Shown here: positions 39,133 through 49,677 of the stretch, in pieces | Layout: every line of letters begins with the position of its first letter | Position numbering within the stretch: the first letter of the stretch is position 1 | NCBI GenBank assembly: GCA_963749495.1 | Contig: CAVVMW010000022.1 | Coordinates: 448,001-512,000 of the forward strand | Source of the DNA: an uncultured bacterium | GTDB taxonomy: Bacteria; Verrucomicrobiota; Verrucomicrobiia; Limisphaerales; UBA8199 | Direction of reading: 5' to 3' | Length of the DNA: 64,000 bases | The notes under the pieces: model-generated | Seen by the model: only the letters and a program-made list of their open reading frames with translations | Database searches by the model: none | What the model was told of the DNA's origin: nothing | Position numbers and translations under genes: made by a program

Positions 39133-41691
39133 TTATGCCCGCCAGTCCGGATCGAAATCTGTCGCTTGATGAAACCTTCCGCCCCAGACGCTTCGGGCGC
39201 CGATGTGCTGGACCAGCGAGGGGGCATGATAAAGAACGGGCCTTCCCAACCGCCCAGCCAGGCGAGAGATTTTTATGTCCTGCTTGCCGGCTACTTCGCT
39301 CCAGTGCCGAACCAAGTAATCCAGTGCCTCCCTAGAAAGGAGAAAGGCCTGGCTGCCAAACACGGACTTCGGATGGACGATGCGGGCGTTGCTTCCAACG
39401 TCGCAGGCCAGTTCTCGAACTCCCGGGTTGTACAAGCTTGCCAAGGTGATCGTCCGACTCCGCAACGGACCCCAGTCCTTCAGGTTGTGGCAAATGTGCC
39501 GGTTGAAAGCGAGGTCATCTTCAAGGAAGAGCACGTACTCGGCGCTGCGCCCAAGGCATTGCCTCAACGCGAGCAAAGCGCAGCGGGTCTGCCTCTGCTC
39601 ATGATCAGTGCCCTTGTCCTCGTCCATCTGGAAAGCGAGCGGCGTTTCGCCCCAATCGGTTTTGGTGAGATTCTCCAAGGTCCGGCCCAGCATCTCAGCG
39701 CGTTCGGGGCACGAAATGATGACGCCCTCGATGTTCGCTGGCTTCCTTCTTGGTCGTGATGACCCTCTCAATCCCCTTCTCGCGTGCGGACCGATTGAAC
39801 CGCTCCAGCCGCGCCGCAATTCAACGAGGTAATCGAGGCACTCCTTTTCGAACCAGAAATCCTCTATCTGTCGATTATTCGGAAACAAGTCCCACTTGGC
39901 AGTGTTGCGATGCTGAAAAATCCGCGCGCCGCCAGGATCATGCTGGCACATCGCTCCCTCCAGCGGATGAACTGGCTGCCGGACCAGGAAATAGCTCTGC
40001 CTCAATTTTCGAAAAGCCAGGTGAAAGGTCTCCTTGTCTCCGTACACATATTGATAATAGAGCGCCGAATTCTCGTTGAACCACATGGTCAGGCACAGAG
40101 CAGCCCAGCGGCGCTGCTTGTCCACCACAATCTGGCCGGTTTCAAATTCCCCGTCACTGGGTGTTCGCAATCCGCAGCTCCTCCAAATGACTTTGGCTTT
40201 GGGATTAATTGCGTGGCCGAGATCAGGCCAGAAGATTGCTCCGGTTTCCCTAAACTGGGGTGTATCGAACAGAAACTCGGGATCCACGACCGGCACATTG
40301 TCCGCATCCAGCAGCAGAACTTCACGGAAAGATGATTGGATAATCGCAAAGGGCTTCAGTTCCCACCCCTTCAAAGCCCGAGCCGCAAACCGCCTCCTGC
40401 GTTTCGCCGCGTCGACGCATTTCACGCCAAGAGGAGCCACAAGCGCCTTCATCGCCCCGTCCAACTCGCTTTCCCCCGAGTACCACAGTTCGACAGGCAG
40501 GCGGCAGCCCAGGCGCCTTAGCATATTGATGCAGACCCAGGCGCCGGTGAAGTATCGGACTCCACCGCCACAGATTACGATTCCACGGCCATCGAAACGC
40601 TCGGGATATGCAGGGATGCTGCCGATAAATCGGTCGCACGCCGTCCCTGCAGCCTGCAGATTCAGCGATTGCCTGTCGTATGGATTTCTGGCTGCGGCCC
40701 TCACGCCGGAGCAGGCTGCCGGCCGTTGATGCGGCGTGAGGTATTTGAGCGCGCCGCCTTTGAAGTACAACTCTATGCGCTGAATGACTTCGGTTGGCGT
40801 AATCATGTCCATGCACCGCGGCAACCCATTGGTCACCCTCAGGCACCGGCGTTCGGCTCGGTCCCGCTTATCCCCATCTTTGAGCCGAAATGTGCGGTCC
40901 CTCCAACAGCCTCCCTTTCCGCAACAGGGGAGCGCGCCGTTGGTGTGGATGAACTGATGGTCTGGGTACGCCTCCCAATGCGCCGGTTCACGGCCCCCCG
41001 CCACCACGACGCACGGGCGGTTAACAGGCTGGCGATGTTTGGTCTCCACTGCCGCCGCCAGGTGCATCAAGCCTGTAATCGAACAGAGCACCCCCTGCGA
41101 GTGATAGACCAGTCGGACCAATTCGCGGAGGGTGGTGCGACCGCGCAGATCAATAGCCCCGTCGAGCTTGGGGTGGTAGTGTCCGCGCTGCCCCACCTGC
41201 ACAAACTGAATTCGACCTTGAAAGTGGTTGACCACCTCCTGATAACGCTCGGACTGCCACCATTTGATGGTGATGTCGTACTTGCCTCCGGCCGCCACAA
41301 TCCAAAAGGGCGTATCCTCCCCTGTGACTTCATGCACCTGCGAGTACCACGCCTTCTCCTGCTCGGAAAGGTGAATGTCGCCCTTGAAGGCGGTCGGCTT
41401 TATGGCAAGACGCAACCGTTCATTCAGGAACTCGATGAACCCATGGAGACAGTGGTAGGGCGCCAGGTTGCACCGGTCGATGAGAGGATAGGCGCAGTCA
41501 ATTGACTCAACCTCCGGATCCTCTTCGGACAGCGGAGCGATGTACGGATTGTTCTCCCAAAGAGCGCCGCAGGAGGTCCGCACGCCGGTTGCAAACTGTC
41601 CGGGATAGCAAAGGTGCAGGTCGCGGACTGCCGCCGTGAGCATCACGATGTCACCGAGCGAGAATCCGCACTTCAGGATCAGTTTCCGCAT
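39133..41691 (-). CDS. Tri-domain glycosyltransferase: GT9-like + GT71 (MNN-type mannosyltransferase)-like + GT-A domain
   Basis: LGDIV...DLRGRTTLREL...MHLAAA (GT9-like); GRGIVICGG, LLLDADN, GAIFWPD, ETGQIVVDK, YGDKETF (GT71-like); LFLEDD and PSLVQHIG (GT-A). Confidence 0.85.
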   Translation of the reverse strand: MRKLILKCGFSLGDIVMLTAAVRDLHLCYPGQFATGVRTSCGALWENNPYIAPLSEEDPEVESIDCAYPLIDRCNLAPYHCLHGFIEFLNERLRLAIKPTAFKGDIHLSEQEKAWYSQVHEVTGEDTPFWIVAAGGKYDITIKWWQSERYQEVVNHFQGRIQFVQVGQRGHYHPKLDGAIDLRGRTTLRELVRLVYHSQGVLCSITGLMHLAAAVETKHRQPVNRPCVVVAGGREPAHWEAYPDHQFIHTNGALPCCGKGGCWRDRTFRLKDGDKRDRAERRCLRVTNGLPRCMDMITPTEVIQRIELYFKGGALKYLTPHQRPAACSGVRAAARNPYDRQSLNLQAAGTACDRFIGSIPAYPERFDGRGIVICGGGVRYFTGAWVCINMLRRLGCRLPVELWYSGESELDGAMKALVAPLGVKCVDAAKRRRRFAARALKGWELKPFAIIQSSFREVLLLDADNVPVVDPEFLFDTPQFRETGAIFWPDLGHAINPKAKVIWRSCGLRTPSDGEFETGQIVVDKQRRWAALCLTMWFNENSALYYQYVYGDKETFHLAFRKLRQSYFLVRQPVHPLEGAMCQHDPGGARIFQHRNTAKWDLFPNNRQIEDFWFEKECLDYLVELRRGWSGSIGPHARRGLRGSSRPRRKPANIEGVIISCPERAEMLGRTLENLTKTDWGETPLAFQMDEDKGTDHEQRQTRCALLALRQCLGRSAEYVLFLEDDLAFNRHICHNLKDWGPLRSRTITLASLYNPGVRELACDVGSNARIVHPKSVFGSQAFLLSREALDYLVRHWSEVAGKQDIKISRLAGRLGRPVLYHAPSLVQHIGARSVWGGRFHQATDFDPDWRA

Positions 41692-41790
41692 CAACGGCAG
41701 AACAGGACAAAAACACACCTCTCCGGGATTCGTTCTGCGGCAAAAACAAAACGAATCGAGCCGCAGCGAACGATCGAGCTTTTTGTTGCG

Positions 41791-41967
41791 CTACTTTTTC
41801 GGCCGGATGGGCCCTTCCGGGCTTGGTGTCACCGGTGTCGGCGTAAAGCTGGGACTCGGAGAAGTACCCCCGGCTGCCAATGCCTGTTTGCCAGACGCTT
41901 TAGTGGCAGGTTTAGGGCTGAACCCAGGTTGGATCTGTTTCTTGCTCGGACTTTTGTCGTTGGTCAT
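41791..41967 (-). CDS. 58-aa Ser/Thr/Pro-rich peptide with Gly-Gly motif (not in the ORF track)
   Basis: Hand translation MTNDKSPSKKQIQPGFSPKPATKASGKQALAAGGTSPSPSFTPTPVTPSPEGPIRPKK*; A-rich leader CAAAAAAAC-ATG; co-directional with the operon. Confidence 0.6.
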   Translation of the reverse strand: MTNDKSPSKKQIQPGFSPKPATKASGKQALAAGGTSPSPSFTPTPVTPSPEGPIRPKK

Positions 41968-42013
41968 GTTTTTTTGATGGTGATGTTTTCTGGTGTCTCA
42001 GATTGGTGATCCT

Positions 42014-42235
42014 TCAGTTTCCATCTTGGGAGAACAATTGTCTCTCCAAGCACTCCTTGCCAAGAGCAGGCGCCGATTCAGATTGCCGCCGCATCCGGAG
42101 TTGCAATTTCTGCAAAATGCTTCGCTTGACCTCATGCATAGAATGCGGCGTACCTGGCGCATCGCCGGACATTTCTATTGCATCGTCGGCGTGAGCGAGC
42201 AACCACTCGTCGGATTTGGTGCTTTTCGAATTCAT
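42014..42235 (-). CDS. Small hypothetical protein (73 aa)
   Basis: Fills the gap between ECF sigma and peptide gene on the same strand; no recognisable motif. Confidence 0.45.
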   Translation of the reverse strand: MNSKSTKSDEWLLAHADDAIEMSGDAPGTPHSMHEVKRSILQKLQLRMRRQSESAPALGKECLERQLFSQDGN

Positions 42236-42266
42236 TCAGGGTCCGTGTGTTCAGCTTGTCCCCTCC

Positions 42267-42905
42267 TCAAATCAGGGTGGTTCGGAGGTGCTCGATTTCC
42301 TTCCTGATCAGTTTGCTGATCCTGTGTTTAGCCAGGTACACCCGGCCGGGGTTCATTTCCAGGGCCCGCGCCACCCTTGAGACCGTCCATTTCTTGAAAA
42401 CATAGAGGTCGAAGGCCTGATAGGCCTTCAGATCGACTTTCCCTTTCACCCGCGCAATTGCGACATCCAGTAGATTCGAGTCCCATTCCTGGTCCCAGAG
42501 AGCTTCGAGCGCAAGGCCTCCGGGGTCTTCAATCCGTTCGATGGGGGCTGTGCTCGTGGACGCGGAGGCTGTGCGCTGGTGATCCTCGATTTCACGCTGG
42601 CGCTTGCGAAATTGATCCGTGATTCGCCACTGGGTCAGCTTCAGGAGCCACTTCTTGAAGGAGCCCTGTTCGCCGTCGTATTCGAAATTGGGCATGCTCT
42701 TACAGACCGAAAGCACCGTGTCCTGCACAACATCCTGTGCCTCCGCGGCGTTCAGCCCCGCTTTGATGGCCGTCCGATAAATAAGCCTCCAATACGTCTC
42801 GAAGAACTGCCTCCAGCCTTCCTGGTCATTCCAATCCTTCAGCCGGCCCAGCAAGGATTTCCGTGTTGGAATCAGCTCGCCTGCGTTGTTCGCGCTCGCC
42901 TTCAT
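42267..42905 (-). CDS. ECF sigma-70 factor (kinase-associated type)
   Basis: PTRKSLLGRLKDW.D..GW.QF.ETYW.LIY, EAQDVVQD, GSFK.WL, region 4 VARAL.M....VYLAKHR. Confidence 0.92.
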   Translation of the reverse strand: MKASANNAGELIPTRKSLLGRLKDWNDQEGWRQFFETYWRLIYRTAIKAGLNAAEAQDVVQDTVLSVCKSMPNFEYDGEQGSFKKWLLKLTQWRITDQFRKRQREIEDHQRTASASTSTAPIERIEDPGGLALEALWDQEWDSNLLDVAIARVKGKVDLKAYQAFDLYVFKKWTVSRVARALEMNPGRVYLAKHRISKLIRKEIEHLRTTLI

Positions 42906-43428
42906 CGATCAGCTACAAACCCGTATATAAAACGCCTGGGGGATTCCTTTCAAGAAAAAGTGAAAAAACCTCCGCCCCTCGGGCATTGAGGGCTCCCCCC
43001 GTCGCCGAATGCCAACAGAGTGCCCTGGCACCTCGCCCAAGAGCCCTTTCCGGCCAGTGGCGGGATCCTCAAAGGCCCGCTCACCCCAAATATCGCCGGG
43101 AGACACGGCTTTCGAGCGATTGCGCATAAATCGATCATTGTTTAGGTACATACGGACCAAAACAGCCGTTTCTTTCAAGAATCTTTCTGCAAAAAATCAA
43201 GAATTTTGGCCCCCGTTGAAAGATCTGGCCATCCCGGACCGTATAGGTATTGAGGACTCCGAGGGCTTGAAGAGGGGAACCCGGAGGGCTGCGCCGAACA
43301 TGGGCCAGGGGTTTGGCGCAGCCCGATCCTGGAGTTGGCGGGGCCGGATCCATAAGCCCTCCTGCAGAACTGGAGAATCGGATGAGTCCGCAGAGGCAAT
43401 GTGGTCAAATGGCAGCAGAACCCCTTGA

Positions 43429-45375
43429 ATGAAAATCCTGCTCGTCGAAGAAAATCCCGACGATGTGCGCATCATCACAGAGATGCTCAGACGGGCGCCG
43501 AGCGGACCCTTTGACCTGAACCACGTGGCAGGTCTCGAACAGGCTCTAACCGCCTTGCGCGAGCAGACTTACGACGTACTGCTGCTGGACCTGGACCTGC
43601 CTGACTCACAGGGCCTTGAGAATCTGCCCATCGCTCAGGAACAGACCGGCAACCGGCTCCCGACCATCGTGCTCACCAACTCGGATGATGAAACGGTGGC
43701 GATTGAGGCTGTGCGACGCGGGGCACAGGATTTTCTTCACAAGCGGAACATGACTTCGGAGGTGCTGAGGCGCAGCCTGCGCTATGCGGTCGAGCGGCAC
43801 CGGGCACAGAGAGCTTCTTTGGAAAGCCAGGCACAGCATCGGCAGCTCACAGAGACGAGCCTCATCCAGTCCACTGCGCTCAGCGCAGCAGCCAATGGCA
43901 TCATGATCACGGATCGTGCAGGCACCATCCTCTGGGTCAATCCCGCCTTCACGGCTCTGACCGGCTTCACGGCCGAGGAAGTGATTGGCCAAAACCCGCG
44001 TCTGCTCAAGTCCGGCCAGCATGATGAGGCATTTTACAGTGCCTTCTGGAGCACCATCAGCTCCGGCGGCATCTGGCGCGGAGAATTCATCAACCGGCGC
44101 AAGGACGGAAGCCTCTGTATGAACGAACAGACGGTGGCCCCCGTCCGCTCCGGTGGTCAAGAAATCACCCACTTCATTTGCGTCATGCAGGACATTACTG
44201 AACGCAAGGCGCTGGCAGACGCCTTGCACCAGGCGCAGAGGTTGGAAGCCTTCGGGCAGCTTGCCGCAGGGGTGGCGCACGATTTCAATAATCTCCTGAC
44301 TATCATCCGTGGCAGCGCCGAACTCGTGCTCATGGCCGGCACTGGGCTCAGCGTCGAAGCCAACGAGGAGCTCAACCACGTTATCGGCGCCGCTGAACGG
44401 GGCGCTGCCCTGACCCGGCAGTTGCTCATCTTCGGCCGCAAGCAGGTCCTGCAGCCCCAGCCCGTGACGTTGACCCAGTTGATTGGGAACCTGGCCGGGA
44501 TGCTCAACCGCATTATCCGCGAGGACATCCGTCTGGAATGCCGTTGTGCGGAGCAGTTGCCCTTCGTCCAGGCCGACCCGGGCATGTTGGAGCAGGTGCT
44601 GATCAATCTGGTTGTGAATGCACGGGACGCCATGCCCCATGGCGGTCACATGCTCATAATGACCGAAAAGGTCACTTTGGACGAGAGCTGCGTTCAGACC
44701 AATCCCGAAGCTCGGCCTGGGGAGTATGTCTGCCTGACGGTCAGCGATACGGGCTCCGGCATTGCGCCAGAGGAGTTGCCGCGCATTTTCGAGCCGTTTT
44801 TCACCACCAAGGCACCCGGCAAGGGCACAGGTCTGGGCTTGGCCACCGTTTACGGCACCGTCAAGCAGCACCAAGGTTGGATTGAAGTGTCGAGTCGCCC
44901 TGGCCAGGGGTCCGCCTTCAGAATCTTCCTGCCTGCGATCCCGCCCCCGGTCCGGCTCGAAATGACGGAGCCTGCCGAGGGCCAGTTCCCCGGGGGAACC
45001 GAAACCATTCTGCTGGTAGAAGATGACCTTTCAGTGCGCATAGTCACGCGGCGCGTGTTGGAGAAGTTCCACTACAGAGTCTTGGAAGCCACCAGTGCTC
45101 GGGATGCCATGGTGCTCTGGAGCCGACACTCGGAGGAGATCGCCCTGCTGCTCACAGATATTGTGCTACCCGACGGTATAAGCGGCCGTGATCTGGCCAG
45201 GCGCGTGCACGCACAAACCCCTGGCCTGAGAATCATTTTCTTCAGCGGCTACAGCGCGGCAGTGCTGGGCAAAGACACGGAGTTTATGCAGCAAACCAGG
45301 AGCTACTTTCTCGCGAAGCCCTGCTCTCCGAGCAACCTGCTCCAAACAGTGCGCCGATGCCTGGATCAACAATAA
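43429..45375 (+). CDS. Hybrid sensor histidine kinase/response regulator (REC-PAS-HisKA-HATPase-REC)
   Basis: [63 protein letters not shown]-terminal REC. Confidence 0.96.
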   Translation: MKILLVEENPDDVRIITEMLRRAPSGPFDLNHVAGLEQALTALREQTYDVLLLDLDLPDSQGLENLPIAQEQTGNRLPTIVLTNSDDETVAIEAVRRGAQDFLHKRNMTSEVLRRSLRYAVERHRAQRASLESQAQHRQLTETSLIQSTALSAAANGIMITDRAGTILWVNPAFTALTGFTAEEVIGQNPRLLKSGQHDEAFYSAFWSTISSGGIWRGEFINRRKDGSLCMNEQTVAPVRSGGQEITHFICVMQDITERKALADALHQAQRLEAFGQLAAGVAHDFNNLLTIIRGSAELVLMAGTGLSVEANEELNHVIGAAERGAALTRQLLIFGRKQVLQPQPVTLTQLIGNLAGMLNRIIREDIRLECRCAEQLPFVQADPGMLEQVLINLVVNARDAMPHGGHMLIMTEKVTLDESCVQTNPEARPGEYVCLTVSDTGSGIAPEELPRIFEPFFTTKAPGKGTGLGLATVYGTVKQHQGWIEVSSRPGQGSAFRIFLPAIPPPVRLEMTEPAEGQFPGGTETILLVEDDLSVRIVTRRVLEKFHYRVLEATSARDAMVLWSRHSEEIALLLTDIVLPDGISGRDLARRVHAQTPGLRIIFFSGYSAAVLGKDTEFMQQTRSYFLAKPCSPSNLLQTVRRCLDQQ

Positions 45376-45538
45376 AAAGCCTCACCCGCTTCGCCCCCGG
45401 TCCCATCCCACAAATGTTCATCCTGATTGCTCATGGTTGTTGCAGGTAATTGTTGACGCATGGGCTGGGGAATTCAAGGCCGGGATAAATTCTACTTTTG
45501 GCTTTTGTTTGGCGGCGTTTTCGGGTAAAGAGCCTGAC

Positions 45539-46289
45539 ATGGGCGAGCAAGCATGGCGTGGGCTGTGCGCGAGTGCGGGCCGGGAGTTCACGACGACCCA
45601 CTGGAGCGTGGTGCTGGCGGCGGGAAGCAGCGACTCGCCCCAAGCGGCCGAGGCCTTGGAGCAGGCTCTGCCGGGCCTATTGGTATCCCCTCTACGCCTA
45701 CGTTCGCCGCAAGGGCCACGCCGCCCAGGACGCGGAGGACTTGACCCAGGAATTCTTCGCCCGGTTGCTGGACAAGCAGGCGCTCGCCCGCATCCAGCGT
45801 GAGGGGGGGAAGTTCCGCTCCTTCCTGCTCAAGGCGCTGAATCATTTTCTCGTCAACGAGTGGGAGCGCCACCGCGCCCAGAAGCGAGACGAGCGCAGGG
45901 TCGCCTTTTCCCTGGACGAGCTGGACCTGGAAGGGCGCTTTCAGGCTGAACCGGCCGACGAGGCGGCGCCGGAGAGCTTATTCGACCGGCAGTGGGCGGC
46001 CACGGTGCTCGAGCAGGTCATGAAGCGGCTGCGCGACGAGTATGCCGCCGCCGGCAAGGCCGAGCTGTTTCGGCGGCTCCAGCCTTGTCTGACCGGCGCA
46101 GAGCGAATGCTGCCTTACGCGCAGTTGGCCACACCGTTGGGCCTGACCGAAAGCGCGGTGAAGATGGCCGTGCACCGGCTCCGCAAGCGGTATGGAGAAC
46201 TGGTGCGCGCCGAGATCGTTCACACGGTGGCCACTCCCCGGGAGGCCGAAGAAGAAATTCGCTATTTGATCGCCATCACGGCCCGGTGA
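45539..46289 (+). CDS. ECF sigma-70 factor; frameshift near 45665
   Basis: FTTTHWSVVLAAG..ALE then LCRAYWYPLYAYVRR, DAEDLTQEFF, GKFRSFLL, AVKMAVHRLR. Confidence 0.92.
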
Positions 46290-46301
46290 AGCCAGGTTTC
46301 C

Positions 46302-46330
46302 TGTTACCCGGGGAGTCATTTCCTGTGGTA
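46302..46330 (+). promoter_or_regulatory. Putative ECF promoter TGTTACC-N8-CATTTCCTGTGGTA (copy 1)
   Basis: Identical motif and spacing at 50791 and 52049. Confidence 0.65.
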
Positions 46331-46335
46331 ACAAG

Positions 46336-49300
46336 GTGATGGCCCTGGTTATGTCAACGCTGCGACACTGTTCCGAGTGCGGTGCGGAAATCTCCGCGGC
46401 GAAGCAGAACGGCCTTTGCACGGCCTGCCTGTTGGCGCTGGGGCTTCAGGCGGATGCCGTCTCCGAACCTTCCTCCCCGGCACCTGTCCCTCCGCCTTTG
46501 TCCTTGGGGACGGGGGTTGCCTTCGGTGACTACGAACTGATCGAGGAAATTGCCCGCGGCGGCATGGGGATCGTCTATAAAGCGCGGCAGGTGAGCCTGG
46601 ACCGCATCGTTGCCGTGAAGCTGTTGCTTTCGGGCGCGCTGTCCAGCCCGGAATACGTGAAGCGCTTCCGCGTCGAGGCTTCCGCGGCCGCCAGTCTGCA
46701 GCATCCGAACATTGTCACGATCCATGAGGTCGGCGTCCAGCAGGGCCAGCATTACCTGGTGATGGATTATGTGGACGGACCGAGCCTGGCCAAGCTGGTT
46801 GTGCAGCAGCCTCTCCCCGCCAAACGCGCCGCCGCCTATATGAAGATCGTGGCCGAGGCGGTCCATTTCGCGCACGAGCACGGCATCCTGCATCGGGACC
46901 TGAAACCATCGAACGTTCTGATCGACTCGAAGGACCAACCGCGCGTGACGGACTTCGGGCTGGCCAAGCGGTTCGAGGGCGAATCGGAGGTAACGCTGAG
47001 CGGCCAACTGGTTGGCTCGCCGAGCTACATGCCGCCGGAGCAGGCCGCGGCCAAGCGGGGCAAGGTCTCCCGGCGCAGCGACGTCTATGGCCTGGGAGCG
47101 ATGCTGTATCACCTGCTCACCGGCCGGGCGCCATTCCAGGCCGCCACGCTCACCGACACGTTGGACCAGGTGCTGAACACGGAGGCGGCCGCACCACGCT
47201 GGCTGAATCCGGCCGTGCCGCGCGACCTCGAGACGATTTGCCTCAAGTGTTTGGAGAAGGAGCCGGCCAAACGGTATCCGACCGCGCAGACTCTGGCGCA
47301 AGAATTGGAGCGATTCTTGAACGGCCAACCCGTGCTGGCGCGGCCTGTCAGCCCACTCGGCAAGACGTGGCGTTGGTGCCGGCGACAACCGGTCCGAGCG
47401 GGGTTGATTGCCGCTTTGATCGTCGTTACCGCGCTCGGTCTGGCCGGCATGCTCTGGCAATGGCGCCGGGCGGAATCGCAGCGAGCGAACGCCGAAGCCG
47501 AGGCCCTGCTCGCCCGGCGCAACGCCTATGCGGGCGATATGAAGGAGGTGCAGCGTGCCTTGGAGGAGACCGACTTGGGCCGTGCTTGGGAACTGCTCAA
47601 CCGGCACCGGCCAGCGGGGAAATCCGAAATCCCTGCCCGTCCGGCAGGCGGGCGAAGTCCGAAATCCGAGCCTGATTTACGCGGCTGGGAATGGCGCTAT
47701 CTCTGGGACCGTTGCCGCAGCAACGAGCGCTTCCGCCTGCACCAATACTCCAACGCGGTGTCCGCCCTGGCATTTTCGCCGGATGGAAAGTGGCTGGCCG
47801 TGCGCCGGGAGGGCGGAGCAGTGGCCCTCTGGGACGCCGTGGCGAAGCGGCCGGCGACCGAGCTGCCAGGCGCCGGTCCGTCCAGGGCCTTGGCGTTTTC
47901 ACCTCGAAGCAACCTTCTGGCTTGGGGCACCAAGGATGCCGGTGGCGCGGCCCTGGTCAGCCTTTGCGATCTGAGCGCTCAGAAGGAAATCGTGCGGTTT
48001 CCGCACTCGCACGCCATCCTCTCGATTGCGTTCTCCCCCGATTCCCGGCAGATGGCAGCCTTGGCATTCAACGGGACAGTCCGCGTCTGGAACCTCGAAT
48101 CAAGACAAGTCATGAGCGACTTCCCCACCGCACTGGACGATGGCCGTCCGGGGCGATACTCCATCGCCACGAACGCGGCGGCGGCCGAACCGATCTGGTC
48201 GAACAGTAGCAAGGACTACGGCTGCATGCTCTTCTCGCCTGATGGCCGTTGGCTGGTGGTGGGGGAGGCCAAACCGCGGATTCGCCTCTTGGATAGGGCT
48301 TCCGGGAAAGAGACGGTGATCCTCCTCCCACGGCCAGCCGATGGGGTCACCGCTCTGGCCATCTCGCGCGACGGCAAGCTGTTCGCCGCAGGCTGCGGGC
48401 ACGACGACAACGAAATCCATCTCTGGGATTTGGCACCGAGCACGAACGTGGCACTCATCGGGCACAGCGGCTGGATTGGCGGCACGAACGTGGCACTCAC
48501 CGGGCACAGCGGCTGGATTACCGGCCTGGCCTTCTCGCCCGACGGGCAAACGCTGGCCTCGGTCAGCAGCGATCAGACGCTCCGCCTCTGGGATGTCGCC
48601 CGCAAGGCAGAGCGCCGGCCGTTCCAGGGCAACACGGATCAGGTCTGGGCACTCGCGTGGTCGCCGGATGGCACGAACCTCGTGACCGGCGCCAAGGATG
48701 GCACGGTGCGCTATTGGGACCCGCTCGCAAAGCCGCCAGCGGCGTATGCGGTCTTGCCCACTAAGATCTGTTCTTGGGGATTGGCCTTCTTGCCGGACAG
48801 CAGGACCTTCCTCACCGCCACCCGGCCCGAGGGCGCGGTGGTGTGGTGGGACGCGGGCCTGCAAAAGCCGGAAGGCTTGCCGTTTCTGGGGACCAATCAC
48901 TCGACTCTGGACCTCTCGAGAGACGGTCGTTGGCTGGCGCTCGGTGACACGAACGGCAACATTCGGGTCTGGGATTTCCCGGCGCATCGGCTGGTTGCCA
49001 ACCTGGTCTTCCCGGATGCCTGGATCTTCGCCGTCCAGTTCTCGCCGCAAACTGGCTATCTTCATTGTGGCGCCTTTGTATCGGGCGGGTTTAACACCAA
49101 GATCTGGACCGTGCCAGACTGGCGCGAGGTCAGCCTGCAGGGCATCAACCGCGCCAACTTCCGTGAGTTGGATTTCTCACCCGACGACAGGACCGTCGCT
49201 ACCGGATACGAGGACGGGACGGCTGCCTGGTGGGACATCGTGACCCGCACGAGGCAGGCCTTCTTCGACTGCGGGGGTGCGAGGCGCATGCGCGTGAGGT

Positions 49301-49677
49301 TCTCGCCGGATGGCAGGCGGTTCGCCACGGCGGGGTTGAATGGCGTGATGACGCTCTGGGATGTCCTCACCCGGCAAGCCACGTCCATCGGTCGCAGTTA
49401 CCGGAGCGGACTGCACGATCTTGTTTTTTCACCTGATGGGCGGCGGTTGATCACCACGGGGACCAGTCCCAAGGATCTCGTCAAGCTCTGGGATGTGGAG
49501 ATCGGCCGGGACATGGTGACGCTCCCGGGCGAACCCGGATTGTTCTTCAATCACATTGGGTGTTCGCCGGACGGCAACGCGCTGTTCGCGGACAGCATGG
49601 AGGGCGTAGCACTGCTCTGGCGCGCGCCGTCGTGGGAGGAGATTGCGGCGGAAGAGAGAAAAGCGAGTGCTCCATGA
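46336..49677 (+). CDS. Zn-ribbon Ser/Thr kinase with TM helix and WD40 repeats
   Basis: C..CG...GLC..C; IARGGMGIVY, HRDLKPSN, TDFGLA, GSPSYMPPEQ; WD40 repeats. Confidence 0.96.
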   Translation: MMALVMSTLRHCSECGAEISAAKQNGLCTACLLALGLQADAVSEPSSPAPVPPPLSLGTGVAFGDYELIEEIARGGMGIVYKARQVSLDRIVAVKLLLSGALSSPEYVKRFRVEASAAASLQHPNIVTIHEVGVQQGQHYLVMDYVDGPSLAKLVVQQPLPAKRAAAYMKIVAEAVHFAHEHGILHRDLKPSNVLIDSKDQPRVTDFGLAKRFEGESEVTLSGQLVGSPSYMPPEQAAAKRGKVSRRSDVYGLGAMLYHLLTGRAPFQAATLTDTLDQVLNTEAAAPRWLNPAVPRDLETICLKCLEKEPAKRYPTAQTLAQELERFLNGQPVLARPVSPLGKTWRWCRRQPVRAGLIAALIVVTALGLAGMLWQWRRAESQRANAEAEALLARRNAYAGDMKEVQRALEETDLGRAWELLNRHRPAGKSEIPARPAGGRSPKSEPDLRGWEWRYLWDRCRSNERFRLHQYSNAVSALAFSPDGKWLAVRREGGAVALWDAVAKRPATELPGAGPSRALAFSPRSNLLAWGTKDAGGAALVSLCDLSAQKEIVRFPHSHAILSIAFSPDSRQMAALAFNGTVRVWNLESRQVMSDFPTALDDGRPGRYSIATNAAAAEPIWSNSSKDYGCMLFSPDGRWLVVGEAKPRIRLLDRASGKETVILLPRPADGVTALAISRDGKLFAAGCGHDDNEIHLWDLAPSTNVALIGHSGWIGGTNVALTGHSGWITGLAFSPDGQTLASVSSDQTLRLWDVARKAERRPFQGNTDQVWALAWSPDGTNLVTGAKDGTVRYWDPLAKPPAAYAVLPTKICSWGLAFLPDSRTFLTATRPEGAVVWWDAGLQKPEGLPFLGTNHSTLDLSRDGRWLALGDTNGNIRVWDFPAHRLVANLVFPDAWIFAVQFSPQTGYLHCGAFVSGGFNTKIWTVPDWREVSLQGINRANFRELDFSPDDRTVATGYEDGTAAWWDIVTRTRQAFFDCGGARRMRVRFSPDGRRFATAGLNGVMTLWDVLTRQATSIGRSYRSGLHDLVFSPDGRRLITTGTSPKDLVKLWDVEIGRDMVTLPGEPGLFFNHIGCSPDGNALFADSMEGVALLWRAPSWEEIAAEERKASAP

